Source: a bacterium
Lineage (GTDB): Bacteria; Zhuqueibacterota; Zhuqueibacteria; Oceanimicrobiales; Oceanimicrobiaceae
NCBI GenBank assembly: GCA_046758365.1
Contig: JBHIAC010000014.1
Span: 1 to 38,544, forward strand
Reading direction: 5' to 3'
Length of the DNA stretch: 38,544 nucleotides
Under the pieces are notes generated by a model that did no database searches, was not told the DNA's origin, and saw only the letters and a program-made list of their open reading frames with translations. Each line of letters starts with the position of its first letter. Positions within the stretch are counted from its first letter, which is position 1. Below, piece after piece: positions 27,771-38,544 of this stretch. The position numbers and the translations under genes were made by a program.

Positions 27771-28771
27771 ATTATTTTGAATTTTTAGTCCATATCAAAA
27801 AGAAAGCGTTTTCACCTGTTTATTTTTTATTTGGGAAAGAAGACTATTTTATCGAGGATGCTTTAAATAGACTCATTGACGCTTTATGTGATCTTGCTAC
27901 CCGTGATTTTAATTTAGATATTTTTTATGGAAACGAAGTGGATGGAGGCAAAATCCTAGATGCGGCCACTTCGTACCCAATGTTGTCCAACAATCGTGTT
28001 GTGGTCGTCAAAGATGTTCATAAACTCTCAACAACTAGTTTAGAATTGATTATCAGATATTTGAAGAAACCGGCATCCAGCACCACATTAATTCTTGTAA
28101 GCATTAAATCTGTATCTCAAAATAAACAACTCTCTAAAATTAAGTCTAAATCTTGTTGGGTAGAATGTAAGCCCCTTTATGACCGACAAATTCCCACCTG
28201 GCTGCGGAGTCATTTGAAAGATAAAGGACTTGAAATTTCCGAAGAAGCTATCTTTTTACTTCAAGTTCGAGTTGGCAATAATTTGAGAGCGATTGTAAAT
28301 GAATTGGACAAAATTATTTTAAACTTGAACGGTAAAAAAAGAATTGATGGTACCGACGTTCAAAATGTGGTAGGTCTCTCTCGCATTTACAGCGTATTTG
28401 ATTTAACCAATGCGATTGGTTATAAGGATTTGAATAAATCTCTAACTATATTAAATCAGTTGCTAAAATGTGGGGAAAAGCCTACGGGAATTCTAGCTAT
28501 GATTACTCGCCATTTTGTAAATTTATCTAAAATAAAAGGAGCTATCGATCAGAAAAAATCTCAAGACGAAATAACCGCTTTAACTGGAATTCCACCCTAT
28601 TTTATTGGCAAAAACAAGGAGATGGCTGAAAAATTTTCGGGGAGTCAATTTAATCGTATTTTTGAATATCTATTAAAAACAGATTTAATCTTAAAAACAA
28701 GCAGACAGAACCCTAAAATTGCGCTGGAAACTCTTTTGATTTGTATAATTAAAAATAAGGCGAGACAGTAA
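27767..28771 (+). CDS. holA: DNA polymerase III delta subunit
   Basis: PVYFLFGKEDYF, FNLDIFYG, YPML..RVVVVK and NELDKI motifs. Start ATG 27767. Confidence 0.92.
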   Translation: MNYFEFLVHIKKKAFSPVYFLFGKEDYFIEDALNRLIDALCDLATRDFNLDIFYGNEVDGGKILDAATSYPMLSNNRVVVVKDVHKLSTTSLELIIRYLKKPASSTTLILVSIKSVSQNKQLSKIKSKSCWVECKPLYDRQIPTWLRSHLKDKGLEISEEAIFLLQVRVGNNLRAIVNELDKIILNLNGKKRIDGTDVQNVVGLSRIYSVFDLTNAIGYKDLNKSLTILNQLLKCGEKPTGILAMITRHFVNLSKIKGAIDQKKSQDEITALTGIPPYFIGKNKEMAEKFSGSQFNRIFEYLLKTDLILKTSRQNPKIALETLLICIIKNKARQ

Positions 28772-28789
28772 TTGAAGTTATCAATTGCA

Positions 28790-28815
28790 GGAACTTTTTA
28801 AATTTAATAAGGTTG
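28790..28815 (+). promoter_or_regulatory. Putative ECF promoter GGAAC-N17-GTTG
   Basis: RpoE/SigH-type motif just upstream of the ECF gene. Confidence 0.5.
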
Positions 28816-28837
28816 AAAAATTCGTAGTACATTGTAA

Positions 28838-29434
28838 ATGCCAGAAAAATTCAATAGTAAAGTAGACCAACCCTCTGATGAAGAATTAATTGAGCGATTC
28901 CAAAGAGGCGATCTTTATGCTTTTGATTTAATTGTTAAAAGATATAAAGATCAACTTTTAAATTTTGTTTTCAGATTCGTTGGCAATCAAGAAGAAGCAG
29001 AAGACATCGTTCAAGACACTTTTTTGAGAGTTTACAGAAAGAGAAAAGCTTATAAACGAATTGCAAAATTTTCTACTTGGATATATACTATTGCTGGAAA
29101 TTTAGCCCGTACTGAATTGCGTAGACGAAAACGGCGAAAGTTGTTTTCTGTCTCAGATATGGGATACGAAGATCGTGATTATGAAATTTCCGATGAAGGT
29201 TATAGCCCTGAAAACCAAGTAGAAGGAATCATACAAGAAGAGATCATAAAGAGAGAAATTGACAATCTTTCCCCAAAATTTAGAGAAGTAATAATCTTAC
29301 GAGATGTGCAGGAACTTTCGTATGAGGAGATAAGTAAAATCATCAAGGTTCCAATAGGGACGGTCAAATCTCGAGTTAATAGAGGACGTCTCAAACTTCA
29401 AAATCGTTTAAAATATCTCAAAGAAAAAAAATAA
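28838..29434 (+). CDS. ECF sigma factor (RpoE-like)
   Basis: AEDIVQDTFLRVY, FSTWIYTIA and SYEEISKIIKVPIGTVKSRVNRGR. Confidence 0.95.
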   Translation: MPEKFNSKVDQPSDEELIERFQRGDLYAFDLIVKRYKDQLLNFVFRFVGNQEEAEDIVQDTFLRVYRKRKAYKRIAKFSTWIYTIAGNLARTELRRRKRRKLFSVSDMGYEDRDYEISDEGYSPENQVEGIIQEEIIKREIDNLSPKFREVIILRDVQELSYEEISKIIKVPIGTVKSRVNRGRLKLQNRLKYLKEKK

Positions 29435-29502
29435 ATAGTTTTTTACCGAACAATTTAGTAGATGTTTGATTCACTAGGGACGAAAGATTGAGGTAATTGC
29501 TT

Positions 29503-30093
29503 ATGACAGCTTGTAAACGTTTTGAGGGTCAAATTTTTGATTATTTAGACGATTTACTTCCAAATACGCAGAAAAAAGAAATAGAAAAACATTTTGAGGA
29601 ATGTTCTCGGTGTTCAAATGCTTTTAAAGAGATAAAAAATATTCGGTCTTTACTTCGGCGCCTAAAAACTGTCAAGACATCATCAGATTTTGAAACAGTA
29701 TTAAGAACTCGAATAAGCATGGAAAGAAGTTTAAGCCGACGTGGAATTATTAATTTACCAATAAAAATACCCTTGTATGCTGCTGCTGGTGCATTATTAA
29801 TTATAGCAGCATCTTTTATTTTAGGCTCTACAAATAATTTTTTTCATGCTAGTAATTCTAATGAGCCTTCAACCTTAGTTCCCTCTTATTCGACTGACCC
29901 CAATTTATCCATTGATTCAAGTCCAAATTTCCAAAATCTTCCTGAAAAAGTTAATTATCCAATGGATTGGGTAAATTTATCAGGAAGAGGCGCCTCTATA
30001 AATTCTTATGAATTAGATAACTATTCTTCTGCAATATCAGATTCAATTCGAGATTCAATTCCGGCAAAAAAAATCCACACAGTTGAATTTTAA
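29503..30093 (+). CDS. zf-HC2 anti-sigma factor, single TM
   Basis: HFEECSRC motif and TM LYAAAGALLIIAASFIL. Confidence 0.85.
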   Translation: MTACKRFEGQIFDYLDDLLPNTQKKEIEKHFEECSRCSNAFKEIKNIRSLLRRLKTVKTSSDFETVLRTRISMERSLSRRGIINLPIKIPLYAAAGALLIIAASFILGSTNNFFHASNSNEPSTLVPSYSTDPNLSIDSSPNFQNLPEKVNYPMDWVNLSGRGASINSYELDNYSSAISDSIRDSIPAKKIHTVEF

Positions 30094-30103
30094 TTGAATA
30101 AAG

Positions 30104-31375
30104 GTGTATCAAGTTCTTGATTTCCTCAAAGGTTATATACGTACTGTGTGCTTTGTAAACCAAAAACTTGTTTCTATGATTTTTATCACGGCTACTTTTA
30201 TAGCTTTGTGGCCTGGAAATACTGCCTGTGGTGGAAATACATTAACAAAACTCCAAAGGGAAATTTCTAATCTAATTGATTCCAGCAAAGTATCTGTTGT
30301 TACGGTTGCTTCGAAAATTTCACAAGAAGTATATGTGGAAAAAGACAATAGCATTTTATCATTTTTTAAAACTGAGGTAGAAAAGAAAGCAGTAACTTAC
30401 ATAAATATTGGTAGTGGAATAATATTTAACGATGAAGGACACATCATAACTCGAAGCAGTATTGTTTGGGGCTCTGAATCTAATACTGTTACGCTTTCAA
30501 ACGGAAAGGAGTATCCCGCAAAGTTTGTAGGACATGATCCTGAAACAGGCTTTGCTATAATAAAAATAGCAGGAGATGACTTAAAACCCGCATACTTTGG
30601 TAACTCGGACTTTATAGCCCCTGGTTCTTGGATTGTAATGATTGGAAATTCGTTTGGTGTTTTTCCTTCGATAGTTTTTGGCTCGATTAATGGATTAAGA
30701 AATGATGGAATTATTCAAATATCTGCTAATTTGGATCCAGGCAATAATGGTAGCCCTATATTTAATACCAAGGGTGAAGTCATTGGAGTGGTTGTGGCTC
30801 GTCTAAATACATACCAAGGTGTACCGGAATCATTAGGTAGTTATAATTTTAGTCAAACTATTTTAGCCTATCCCATCAACTGGATTAAAAGAATCGCACA
30901 AGATATCATTCAGTATGGCCATGTTCGAAAAGGTTGGTTAGGCGTCGTAGGATACCATGACGGTATGAAGCTAAAAATTAGAAAGGTAAACGACAACAGT
31001 CCAGCCCATAAAGCTGGGTTAACGGTGGGTGATGTAATTGTGAAATATTCAGGGAAAGAGATAAATAATATTACTGAATTAGCTCATTTAGTTGAATATA
31101 CAATTCCTGGCGAAACAGTTACTTTGGATTATAGGCGGGCTGGGAAACTTTTTAATGTGGACATTACAATAGGTGAGAAATCTGTTGAAGGTGATTCTGT
31201 TTCAGTGGATTTTCGCAAATTTCCAATTTCTTCTACTATCATTAATAAAACAGTAAAGCCACAGCCGCAGAATTATCCAATAAACTGGATTGAAAGGAAT
31301 CAGAGACTAGAAAAGCGGATTGTGAAATTAGAAAAAGAGATAGAGAAATTGAAGCGGATGATAGAATCTAATTGA
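30104..31375 (+). CDS. HtrA/DegP-like trypsin-PDZ protein with degenerate catalytic residues
   Basis: GSGIIF, a PDZ domain (GWLGV..SPAHKAGL..GDVI) and a C-terminal coiled coil. ITRSSIV and DPGNNGSP replace TNxHV and NPGNSGG. Confidence 0.85.
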   Translation: MYQVLDFLKGYIRTVCFVNQKLVSMIFITATFIALWPGNTACGGNTLTKLQREISNLIDSSKVSVVTVASKISQEVYVEKDNSILSFFKTEVEKKAVTYINIGSGIIFNDEGHIITRSSIVWGSESNTVTLSNGKEYPAKFVGHDPETGFAIIKIAGDDLKPAYFGNSDFIAPGSWIVMIGNSFGVFPSIVFGSINGLRNDGIIQISANLDPGNNGSPIFNTKGEVIGVVVARLNTYQGVPESLGSYNFSQTILAYPINWIKRIAQDIIQYGHVRKGWLGVVGYHDGMKLKIRKVNDNSPAHKAGLTVGDVIVKYSGKEINNITELAHLVEYTIPGETVTLDYRRAGKLFNVDITIGEKSVEGDSVSVDFRKFPISSTIINKTVKPQPQNYPINWIERNQRLEKRIVKLEKEIEKLKRMIESN

Positions 31376-31401
31376 ATTTGTTAATTATTTACCATTTTCT
31401 G

Positions 31402-31429
31402 AACCGCCTTATATTTAGGCGGTTTTTTT
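31402..31429 (+). terminator. Intrinsic terminator
   Basis: AACCGCCT-loop-AGGCGGTT followed by a T run. Confidence 0.85.
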
Positions 31430-31489
31430 ATTGACTTTTTGATAAATGTTGTTAAATTTGAAGCTTGTTAATTAAATTTAGGAGAAGAT

Positions 31490-31690
31490 ATGTCAAAAGA
31501 TAGAAGTTTTGCTGCCAAAGTTGCTAAGGCTCTATCTCATGACGGCGGTAATCACTGTCCGGTGTGTGGCGAATCTTTGAACACGGTTCAGTTGGTCGTG
31601 TCAGAAAAGTCGGAAAACAATAATTCGTGGAAATTTAATCAGAGGTTTGTTAGGGTTTGTAAATGCAACGAAAAAGAAATTTACGGCTAA
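31490..31690 (+). CDS. Small Cys4 (CPVC...CKC) protein, possible DUF4295/bL38 relative
   Basis: Own promoter (TTGACT at 31431, extended -10 TGtTAAATT) and RBS AGGAG. Confidence 0.7.
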   Translation: MSKDRSFAAKVAKALSHDGGNHCPVCGESLNTVQLVVSEKSENNNSWKFNQRFVRVCKCNEKEIYG

Positions 31691-31702
31691 ATACAATTCT
31701 CG

Positions 31703-32329
31703 GTGAAAGAATTGATTCTTACAAAGATAATACTGGCTACTAAAAATCAGGATAAAATTGTAGAGATTAAAAAATTAGTTAGTAATCTAAATTTATTTGT
31801 TCATACGCTGAATGAATTTCCCAACGCGCCAAATGTGGTGGAAGATGGCAAAACACTTGAAGAAAATGCTGTAAAAAAAGCTAAAATTATTGGGAGCTTT
31901 ACTAAATTACCTGCGGTAGCAGATGATACTGGGTTGGAAGTCGAATATTTAAAGGGTCAGCCCGGGGTTCTTTCAAGTCGTTATGCTGGAGAAATTGCTA
32001 CCTATGCTGAGAATGTTGAGAAACTGCTAAGGGAATTGCAGGGAGTCCCTTGGGAGCAGCGTAATGCAACTTTTCGTTGTGTAGTTGCGTTGTATAACAA
32101 TAGTAAAATTTGTACAGTAGAAGGGATTTGCAAAGGCGTGATAAGTGAGGCACCAAGAGGGAAGGGAGGTTTTGGATATGATCCTGTCTTTTATGTTCCG
32201 GAATACAATTGTACCTATGCTGAAATGGGTTTGGAATTGAAGAATAAAATCAGCCATCGGGGTAAGGCATTTTTAGCTTTAAAGAAATTAATTGAAAGCG
32301 ATCAATCTATTTTAGTCTCTTATCAATAA
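31703..32329 (+). CDS. rdgB: Non-canonical purine NTP pyrophosphatase (RdgB/HAM1)
   Basis: ATKNQDK, ADDTGLEV, GFGYDPVF and KNKISHR motifs. Confidence 0.95.
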   Translation: MKELILTKIILATKNQDKIVEIKKLVSNLNLFVHTLNEFPNAPNVVEDGKTLEENAVKKAKIIGSFTKLPAVADDTGLEVEYLKGQPGVLSSRYAGEIATYAENVEKLLRELQGVPWEQRNATFRCVVALYNNSKICTVEGICKGVISEAPRGKGGFGYDPVFYVPEYNCTYAEMGLELKNKISHRGKAFLALKKLIESDQSILVSYQ

Positions 32330-32440
32330 GATCTTTGCACACAGAGTTTTTTGCAAACAAACCGACATTTTTTTGATCGTCAGTTGCGAGTAAAGAGCGT
32401 TGGGGAAAGATGAGTTGTCGTTTAGGCGCTAATCAACTCA

Positions 32441-32501
32441 TTGGTATTTGGTATTAAAATTTGAATTTGTTTAAAATTTGCCTCTTGTGGTTTGGAATTT
32501 T
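32441..32501. repeat. Heptamer-array element, single right arm
   Basis: TTGGTAT TTGGTAT TAAAAT TTGAAT TTGTTT ... TTGGAATTT. Confidence 0.5.
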
Positions 32502-32529
32502 GTAAACCTACAGTTTAATTCGGTTAATG

Positions 32530-32605
<76 letters not shown>

Positions 32606-32606
<1 letters not shown>

Positions 32607-32644
32607 AAAGCCTGATGTCATGATAATTGGCCGCAGGCTTTTTA
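32606..32644 (+). terminator. Probable terminator after the tRNA
   Basis: AAAAGCCTG...CAGGCTTTTT. Confidence 0.55.
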
Positions 32645-32865
32645 TTTCTCTTCTTTATATTCAATAAAAAATGCAAACCAACATCTCTTATGAAATTCAC
32701 ACCGTCTGTAAATCCCATCACCTATAATGATCCATATTAATGTTTAAATGATTTGCGTTTATTTTAAAAATACTTGTATTATCTAATTTTCTTATTATAT
32801 TATTAATGATAGTTAAAAAAACTATCGATTAAAATTCCAATATATTTATATCCCAATTGTCAATA

Positions 32866-33534
32866 ATGGACATCTTGCAAGAACTTTTCGACGCATTTGA
32901 GAATCGTCAGGAAGCAGGTAAACTCATTGCAAAGAAATTAATCCATCTAAAAGAAAATAATCCGATTATCCTTGGTCTGCCGAGAGGGGGAGTTATTGTT
33001 GCCCATGAAATAGCTCAGGCTATTGGAAGTAACTTAGATGTTATTGTGGCTAGGAAGTTAGGGGCTCCTGATAATCCGGAATTAGCTATTGGGGCGGTCA
33101 CCGAAAACGGACGGGTTCAATTAAACCAAGACATCATAGAATCTTTGGACTTATCTGAAGAATACATTGAAAAAGAAACGCAAAAACAATTGGAAGAGAT
33201 TAAGCAAAGAGTTCAGGTGTATCGGAAAGTTCGCGCACGGGTGCCTTTAGAGGGTCAAGTTGTTGTGATTACAGATGATGGGGTAGCTACCGGAGCCACT
33301 GTTAAAGCAGCAATCTTAAGTGTTCGCACTGAAAATCCTGAAAAGTTAGTATTAGCCGTACCGGTAGGGGCTGAAGATACTTTAGAAGAATTAGAGAGGA
33401 TAGTAGATGAGTTGGTCTATTTAAAAAAGCCCCCACTCATTGGTGGTGTTGGACAGTTTTATCGGGATTTCTCTCAAATTGAAGATATGGTAGTGGTTAG
33501 TATATTAAAAGAATATAGCGAGCAGATTAAATAA
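32866..33534 (+). CDS. Phosphoribosyltransferase-family protein
   Basis: FENRQEAG, GLPRGG, PRPP-binding ITDDGVATGAT and VGQFYRDF. Confidence 0.9.
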   Translation: MDILQELFDAFENRQEAGKLIAKKLIHLKENNPIILGLPRGGVIVAHEIAQAIGSNLDVIVARKLGAPDNPELAIGAVTENGRVQLNQDIIESLDLSEEYIEKETQKQLEEIKQRVQVYRKVRARVPLEGQVVVITDDGVATGATVKAAILSVRTENPEKLVLAVPVGAEDTLEELERIVDELVYLKKPPLIGGVGQFYRDFSQIEDMVVVSILKEYSEQIK

Positions 33535-33750
33535 ATGTCCTATTGTATTTTAAGCTTTTGTTTTTTATATTTAATATAAATGAGTAAAATGCAAAAAACA
33601 GAGTTATTCATACCTTCTTGAAAAAGAAAAGTGGATTGATTTTCAATAAGTTACTCAAGTTCTTTTTAAGTATCATACACCTTAAGTTATAAGAAGATTG
33701 GCTTTTTACACTGTCGTTAGTAATGCATTCACAATTTAGGAGATAGGTTT

Positions 33751-34911
33751 ATGTTTCATATAGCCTTACCTGAAGAAATAAAATCTGGTAAGGTCACAGA
33801 CGTTTATTTTCAAAGAACTAAAGAAATTTTAGAGGCCGAAGGAATAAACCGTTGGGTTACCGCAGAATTGGTGGTGAAGGTATTTCCTTACCGAGCCCAA
33901 TGGGGTGTTTTAGCGGGAATTCAGGAGAGTGTTGAGTTGCTACAAGATTTGGACGTCAAAGTCAAATGCATGGACGAGGGGTCAATATTTGGTGCTCATC
34001 AACCGGTTATGACGATAGAAGGTCGTTATCTGGAGTTTGGCGTGTACGAGACGGCTATATTAGGCTTATTATGTCAGGCGTCGGGAGTAGCAACGAAATC
34101 GGCTCATTGTCGAAAGGCCGCAGAAAACAGGCCTGTAATTAGCTTCGGGGCCCGGCGTATGCATCCAGCAATCGCGCCCATGATTGAACGAAACGCGTAC
34201 ATTGGTGGCTGCGATGGCGTGGCGGCGGTAAAAAGTGCAGAACTGCTGGGATTAGAACCAACGGGGACTATGCCTCACGCTCTGATTCTTATTTTAGGAG
34301 ACACCGTTGAAGCAGCAAGAGCCTTTCACAAAGTGATTAATAGAAAAATCAATCGAGTCGTGCTTATCGATACATTCAATGATGAGAAATTCGAGGCCTT
34401 GCGAGTAGCTGAAGCATTAGGCAAGGAATTATTTGCTATTAGATTGGATACCCCAGGTACACGTCGTGGAGATTTTGTAGGTCTGATGAAAGAAATCCGA
34501 TGGGAGCTAGATCTGCGAGGATTTCAACACGTTAAGCTCTTTATTTCTGGAGGACTGGATGAAGAGAATATCTTAAAATACAATGAAGTGGCCGATGCTT
34601 ATGGTATTGGTACTTCCATTTCAAATGCACCTATTTTAGATTTTGCTATGGATATAGTGGCCATTGAAGGCAAACCCATGGCTAAAAGAGGAAAACTATC
34701 TGGTGCAAAAGAAGTTTGGCGTTGCCCGAAATGTATGACTACCGTGGTAACACCAGAGAGTAATGAATGTAAGAAAAATTGCAAATGCGGTTTAACGTAT
34801 GAGATGCTTTTGAAACCCCTGGTTGATTCAAAAGTTTTATTGAGAGAACTCCCTAAGCCAGATGCGATTAGAAAATATGTGCTTAAGCAGTTGGACAATT
34901 TTGAATTATGA
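33751..34911 (+). CDS. pncB: Nicotinate phosphoribosyltransferase (short, archaeal-like type with C-terminal Cys cluster)
   Basis: TDVYF, SFGARRMHP, GTMPHA, IRLDTP and SGGLDE. Upstream TTGTAT-N17-TATATT at 33543-33571. Confidence 0.9.
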   Translation: MFHIALPEEIKSGKVTDVYFQRTKEILEAEGINRWVTAELVVKVFPYRAQWGVLAGIQESVELLQDLDVKVKCMDEGSIFGAHQPVMTIEGRYLEFGVYETAILGLLCQASGVATKSAHCRKAAENRPVISFGARRMHPAIAPMIERNAYIGGCDGVAAVKSAELLGLEPTGTMPHALILILGDTVEAARAFHKVINRKINRVVLIDTFNDEKFEALRVAEALGKELFAIRLDTPGTRRGDFVGLMKEIRWELDLRGFQHVKLFISGGLDEENILKYNEVADAYGIGTSISNAPILDFAMDIVAIEGKPMAKRGKLSGAKEVWRCPKCMTTVVTPESNECKKNCKCGLTYEMLLKPLVDSKVLLRELPKPDAIRKYVLKQLDNFEL

Positions 34912-34964
34912 GTTAACCCTCAAAAGACTTGAAATACGAGATTTCTAAATAGGTAGACTAAGGA

Positions 34965-35381
34965 ATGCCAAAATATCAACTCATTGACCACACAGCCGAT
35001 GCCGGAATTAAAGCCTATGGTTCTGACATGGCTGAATTGTTTTCCAATGCAGCATTAGGACTTTTTGAGATTATTGCGAATCTAGATAAGGTCAAACTTA
35101 CAAAGGAAAGATTAATTCAAGTGGAGGCCACTGACCGAGAAGCATTGTTGGTGAATTGGCTCTCGGAGTTGAATTATCTCTGTTTAACCAAACGAGAAAT
35201 TTATAAAGAATTTCAAATCGATGAAGTTAGCGATACAAAATTATTGGCCCATATTAAAGGTGAAGAATTGAATGATGAGTGGCATGAAATTTACACGGAA
35301 GTAAAGGCGGTGACCTACCACCAACTTTATATTAAAGAAACAGCACAAGGCTGGGAAGCACAGGTGATTTTTGATCTGTAA
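34965..35381 (+). CDS. Archease
   Basis: DHTAD, EVKAVTYH and C-terminal VIFDL motifs. Confidence 0.93.
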   Translation: MPKYQLIDHTADAGIKAYGSDMAELFSNAALGLFEIIANLDKVKLTKERLIQVEATDREALLVNWLSELNYLCLTKREIYKEFQIDEVSDTKLLAHIKGEELNDEWHEIYTEVKAVTYHQLYIKETAQGWEAQVIFDL

Positions 35382-35405
35382 AAATTTTATGAGGAGAAAT
35401 TTATT

Positions 35406-36848
35406 ATGTCGGACATAAAAATGCGCCAAGTCACTGATTTTCTTTGGGAAATTCCCAAAGAAGGTAAAATGCGTGTGCCGGCTCTAATTTATGCTACGGA
35501 TAAGATGATTGATGCCATTCGCAGCGATAATGCACCAGAACAAGCAGCCAATGTGGCTCATTTACCGGGCATCGTAAAGTTTTCATTAGCCATGCCAGAT
35601 ATTCATTGGGGATATGGTTTTCCTATTGGCGGCGTGGCTGCCTTTGACATAAATAAAGGTGTAATTTCACCGGGAGGCGTAGGTTACGATATAAACTGCG
35701 GCGTACGCCTTATGACTTCTAAATTGAGTCGACAGGAAATTCAACCCAAAATAAAAGAATTGGTGACTTCGCTTTTTCAACATGTTCCAACAGGGGTCGG
35801 TGCCAGAGGGAAGCTTCGGGTAACCCAAGAAGTAGAAAAAAAAGTGATTTTGGAGGGTGCGGTTTGGGCTGTAAAAAATGGTTACGGCCCGAAAGAAGAC
35901 TTAGAATATATCGAAGAAAATGGACGCATGGAAGGTGCAAATCCGTCAGTAGTGAGTAGGAAAGCTTTGGAACGTGGTCAAGCTCAGTTAGGAACTCTGG
36001 GCTCAGGAAATCATTTTTTGGAAGTAGGGTACGTTGCTGAAATTTATGATGATGAAGCAGCAAAAGTGCTTGGACTTGAACTGGACCAGGTAACGGTGAT
36101 TATTCACTGCGGTTCTCGTGGATTTGGCCATCAGATATGTGATGATTACATTACTGTGATGAACAAAGCTGTTCTAAAATACGGCATCGAACTACCTGAC
36201 CGACAACTCTGCTGCGCTCCAATTAATTCACCCGAAGGTCAAGAATATTTGCAGGCCATGCGGTGCGCTGTCAACTATGCTTTTGCTAATCGTCAGGTTA
36301 TTGCTGCCTGGACCCGGGAGGCATTTGAGGACACTTTGCAAATGAGTCCAAAAGAGATTGGTCTGCGAATCGTGTATGAAGTGGCCCACAACATTGCTAA
36401 GATCGAAACCCACAAAGTAGATGGTAAGGAGATGAAGCTTTGTGTTCATAGGAAAGGAGCCACAAGAGCCTTTGCACCGGGTTCAGCGGAAATTCCTGAG
36501 GCTTATAAAATCATTGGCCAGCCAGTTTTAATTCCTGGTGATATGGGACGCTATTCCTATGTATTGGTAGGCTCTGAAGGTGCTATGAATAACACATTTG
36601 GCTCCACTTGCCATGGCGCAGGTCGGGCCATGAGCCGTAACAAAGCGAAAAAAACAGCTAAAGGTCGTGCCATTGTAAGAGAATTAGAAGACAAAGGCAT
36701 TTATGTTAAAGCTTCCAGCCATCGCACCATAGATGAGGAAATTTCAGAAGCTTATAAAGACGTGGCCAATGTGGTAGATGCTTGTCAACTGGCGGGGATT
36801 TCAAAGAAAGTGGTCAAATTAGTACCACTGGGGTGTATTAAAGGGTAG
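35406..36848 (+). CDS. rtcB: RNA-splicing/repair ligase RtcB
   Basis: MPDIHWGYGFPIGGV, GYDINCG, GSGNHF, HRKGATRA and HGAGR motifs. Confidence 0.97.
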   Translation: MSDIKMRQVTDFLWEIPKEGKMRVPALIYATDKMIDAIRSDNAPEQAANVAHLPGIVKFSLAMPDIHWGYGFPIGGVAAFDINKGVISPGGVGYDINCGVRLMTSKLSRQEIQPKIKELVTSLFQHVPTGVGARGKLRVTQEVEKKVILEGAVWAVKNGYGPKEDLEYIEENGRMEGANPSVVSRKALERGQAQLGTLGSGNHFLEVGYVAEIYDDEAAKVLGLELDQVTVIIHCGSRGFGHQICDDYITVMNKAVLKYGIELPDRQLCCAPINSPEGQEYLQAMRCAVNYAFANRQVIAAWTREAFEDTLQMSPKEIGLRIVYEVAHNIAKIETHKVDGKEMKLCVHRKGATRAFAPGSAEIPEAYKIIGQPVLIPGDMGRYSYVLVGSEGAMNNTFGSTCHGAGRAMSRNKAKKTAKGRAIVRELEDKGIYVKASSHRTIDEEISEAYKDVANVVDACQLAGISKKVVKLVPLGCIKG

Positions 36849-36926
36849 AATAACTAAAAGACCTGATACTGAAGACAATGGTGGAAGTGCAAATTAATGT
36901 CTAAATAATGTGTAATTGAGGTGTAG

Positions 36927-38544
<1,618 letters not shown>

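Noticed and set aside
32607..32860. Prophage or island attachment at tRNA-Pro
   Set aside because: No integrase and no duplicated tRNA 3' end is seen in the window.

Overview
AT-rich bacterial chromosomal window. PorX, a FlgD/T9SS-type sorting domain and DUF6249, together with canonical sigma70 promoters and strong Shine-Dalgarno sites, suggest a non-Bacteroidota FCB-group organism such as KSB1 or Calditrichota (inference). Most of it is housekeeping: pgl-gnd-zwf, porX-tsaE-tsaB-rimI-accD, surE, guaA, glmS, uppP, an NSS transporter plus small subunit, holA, an ECF/anti-sigma/DegP module, rdgB, tRNA-Pro(UGG), and PRTase-pncB-archease-rtcB-ligA. Signals not explained by the ORF track are: (1) an integrase-less integron cassette array at about 6645-10400 with three co-oriented genes, one intact attC, one attC collapsed to its two core sites and one degenerate attC, lying between a divergent ECF sigma/anti-sigma pair and a DUF6249 gene that share the same promoter motif; (2) a 197-nt four-way-junction structured element between guaA and glmS; (3) several families of small non-autonomous repeats (105-bp MITEs, heptamer-array hairpins, REP-like palindromes, and an element truncating a TauE gene); (4) a small Cys4 protein that may be a zinc-binding relative of ribosomal protein bL38 (DUF4295); (5) an in-frame deleted HAD pseudogene and a MazF-type toxin-antitoxin pair inserted before surE.
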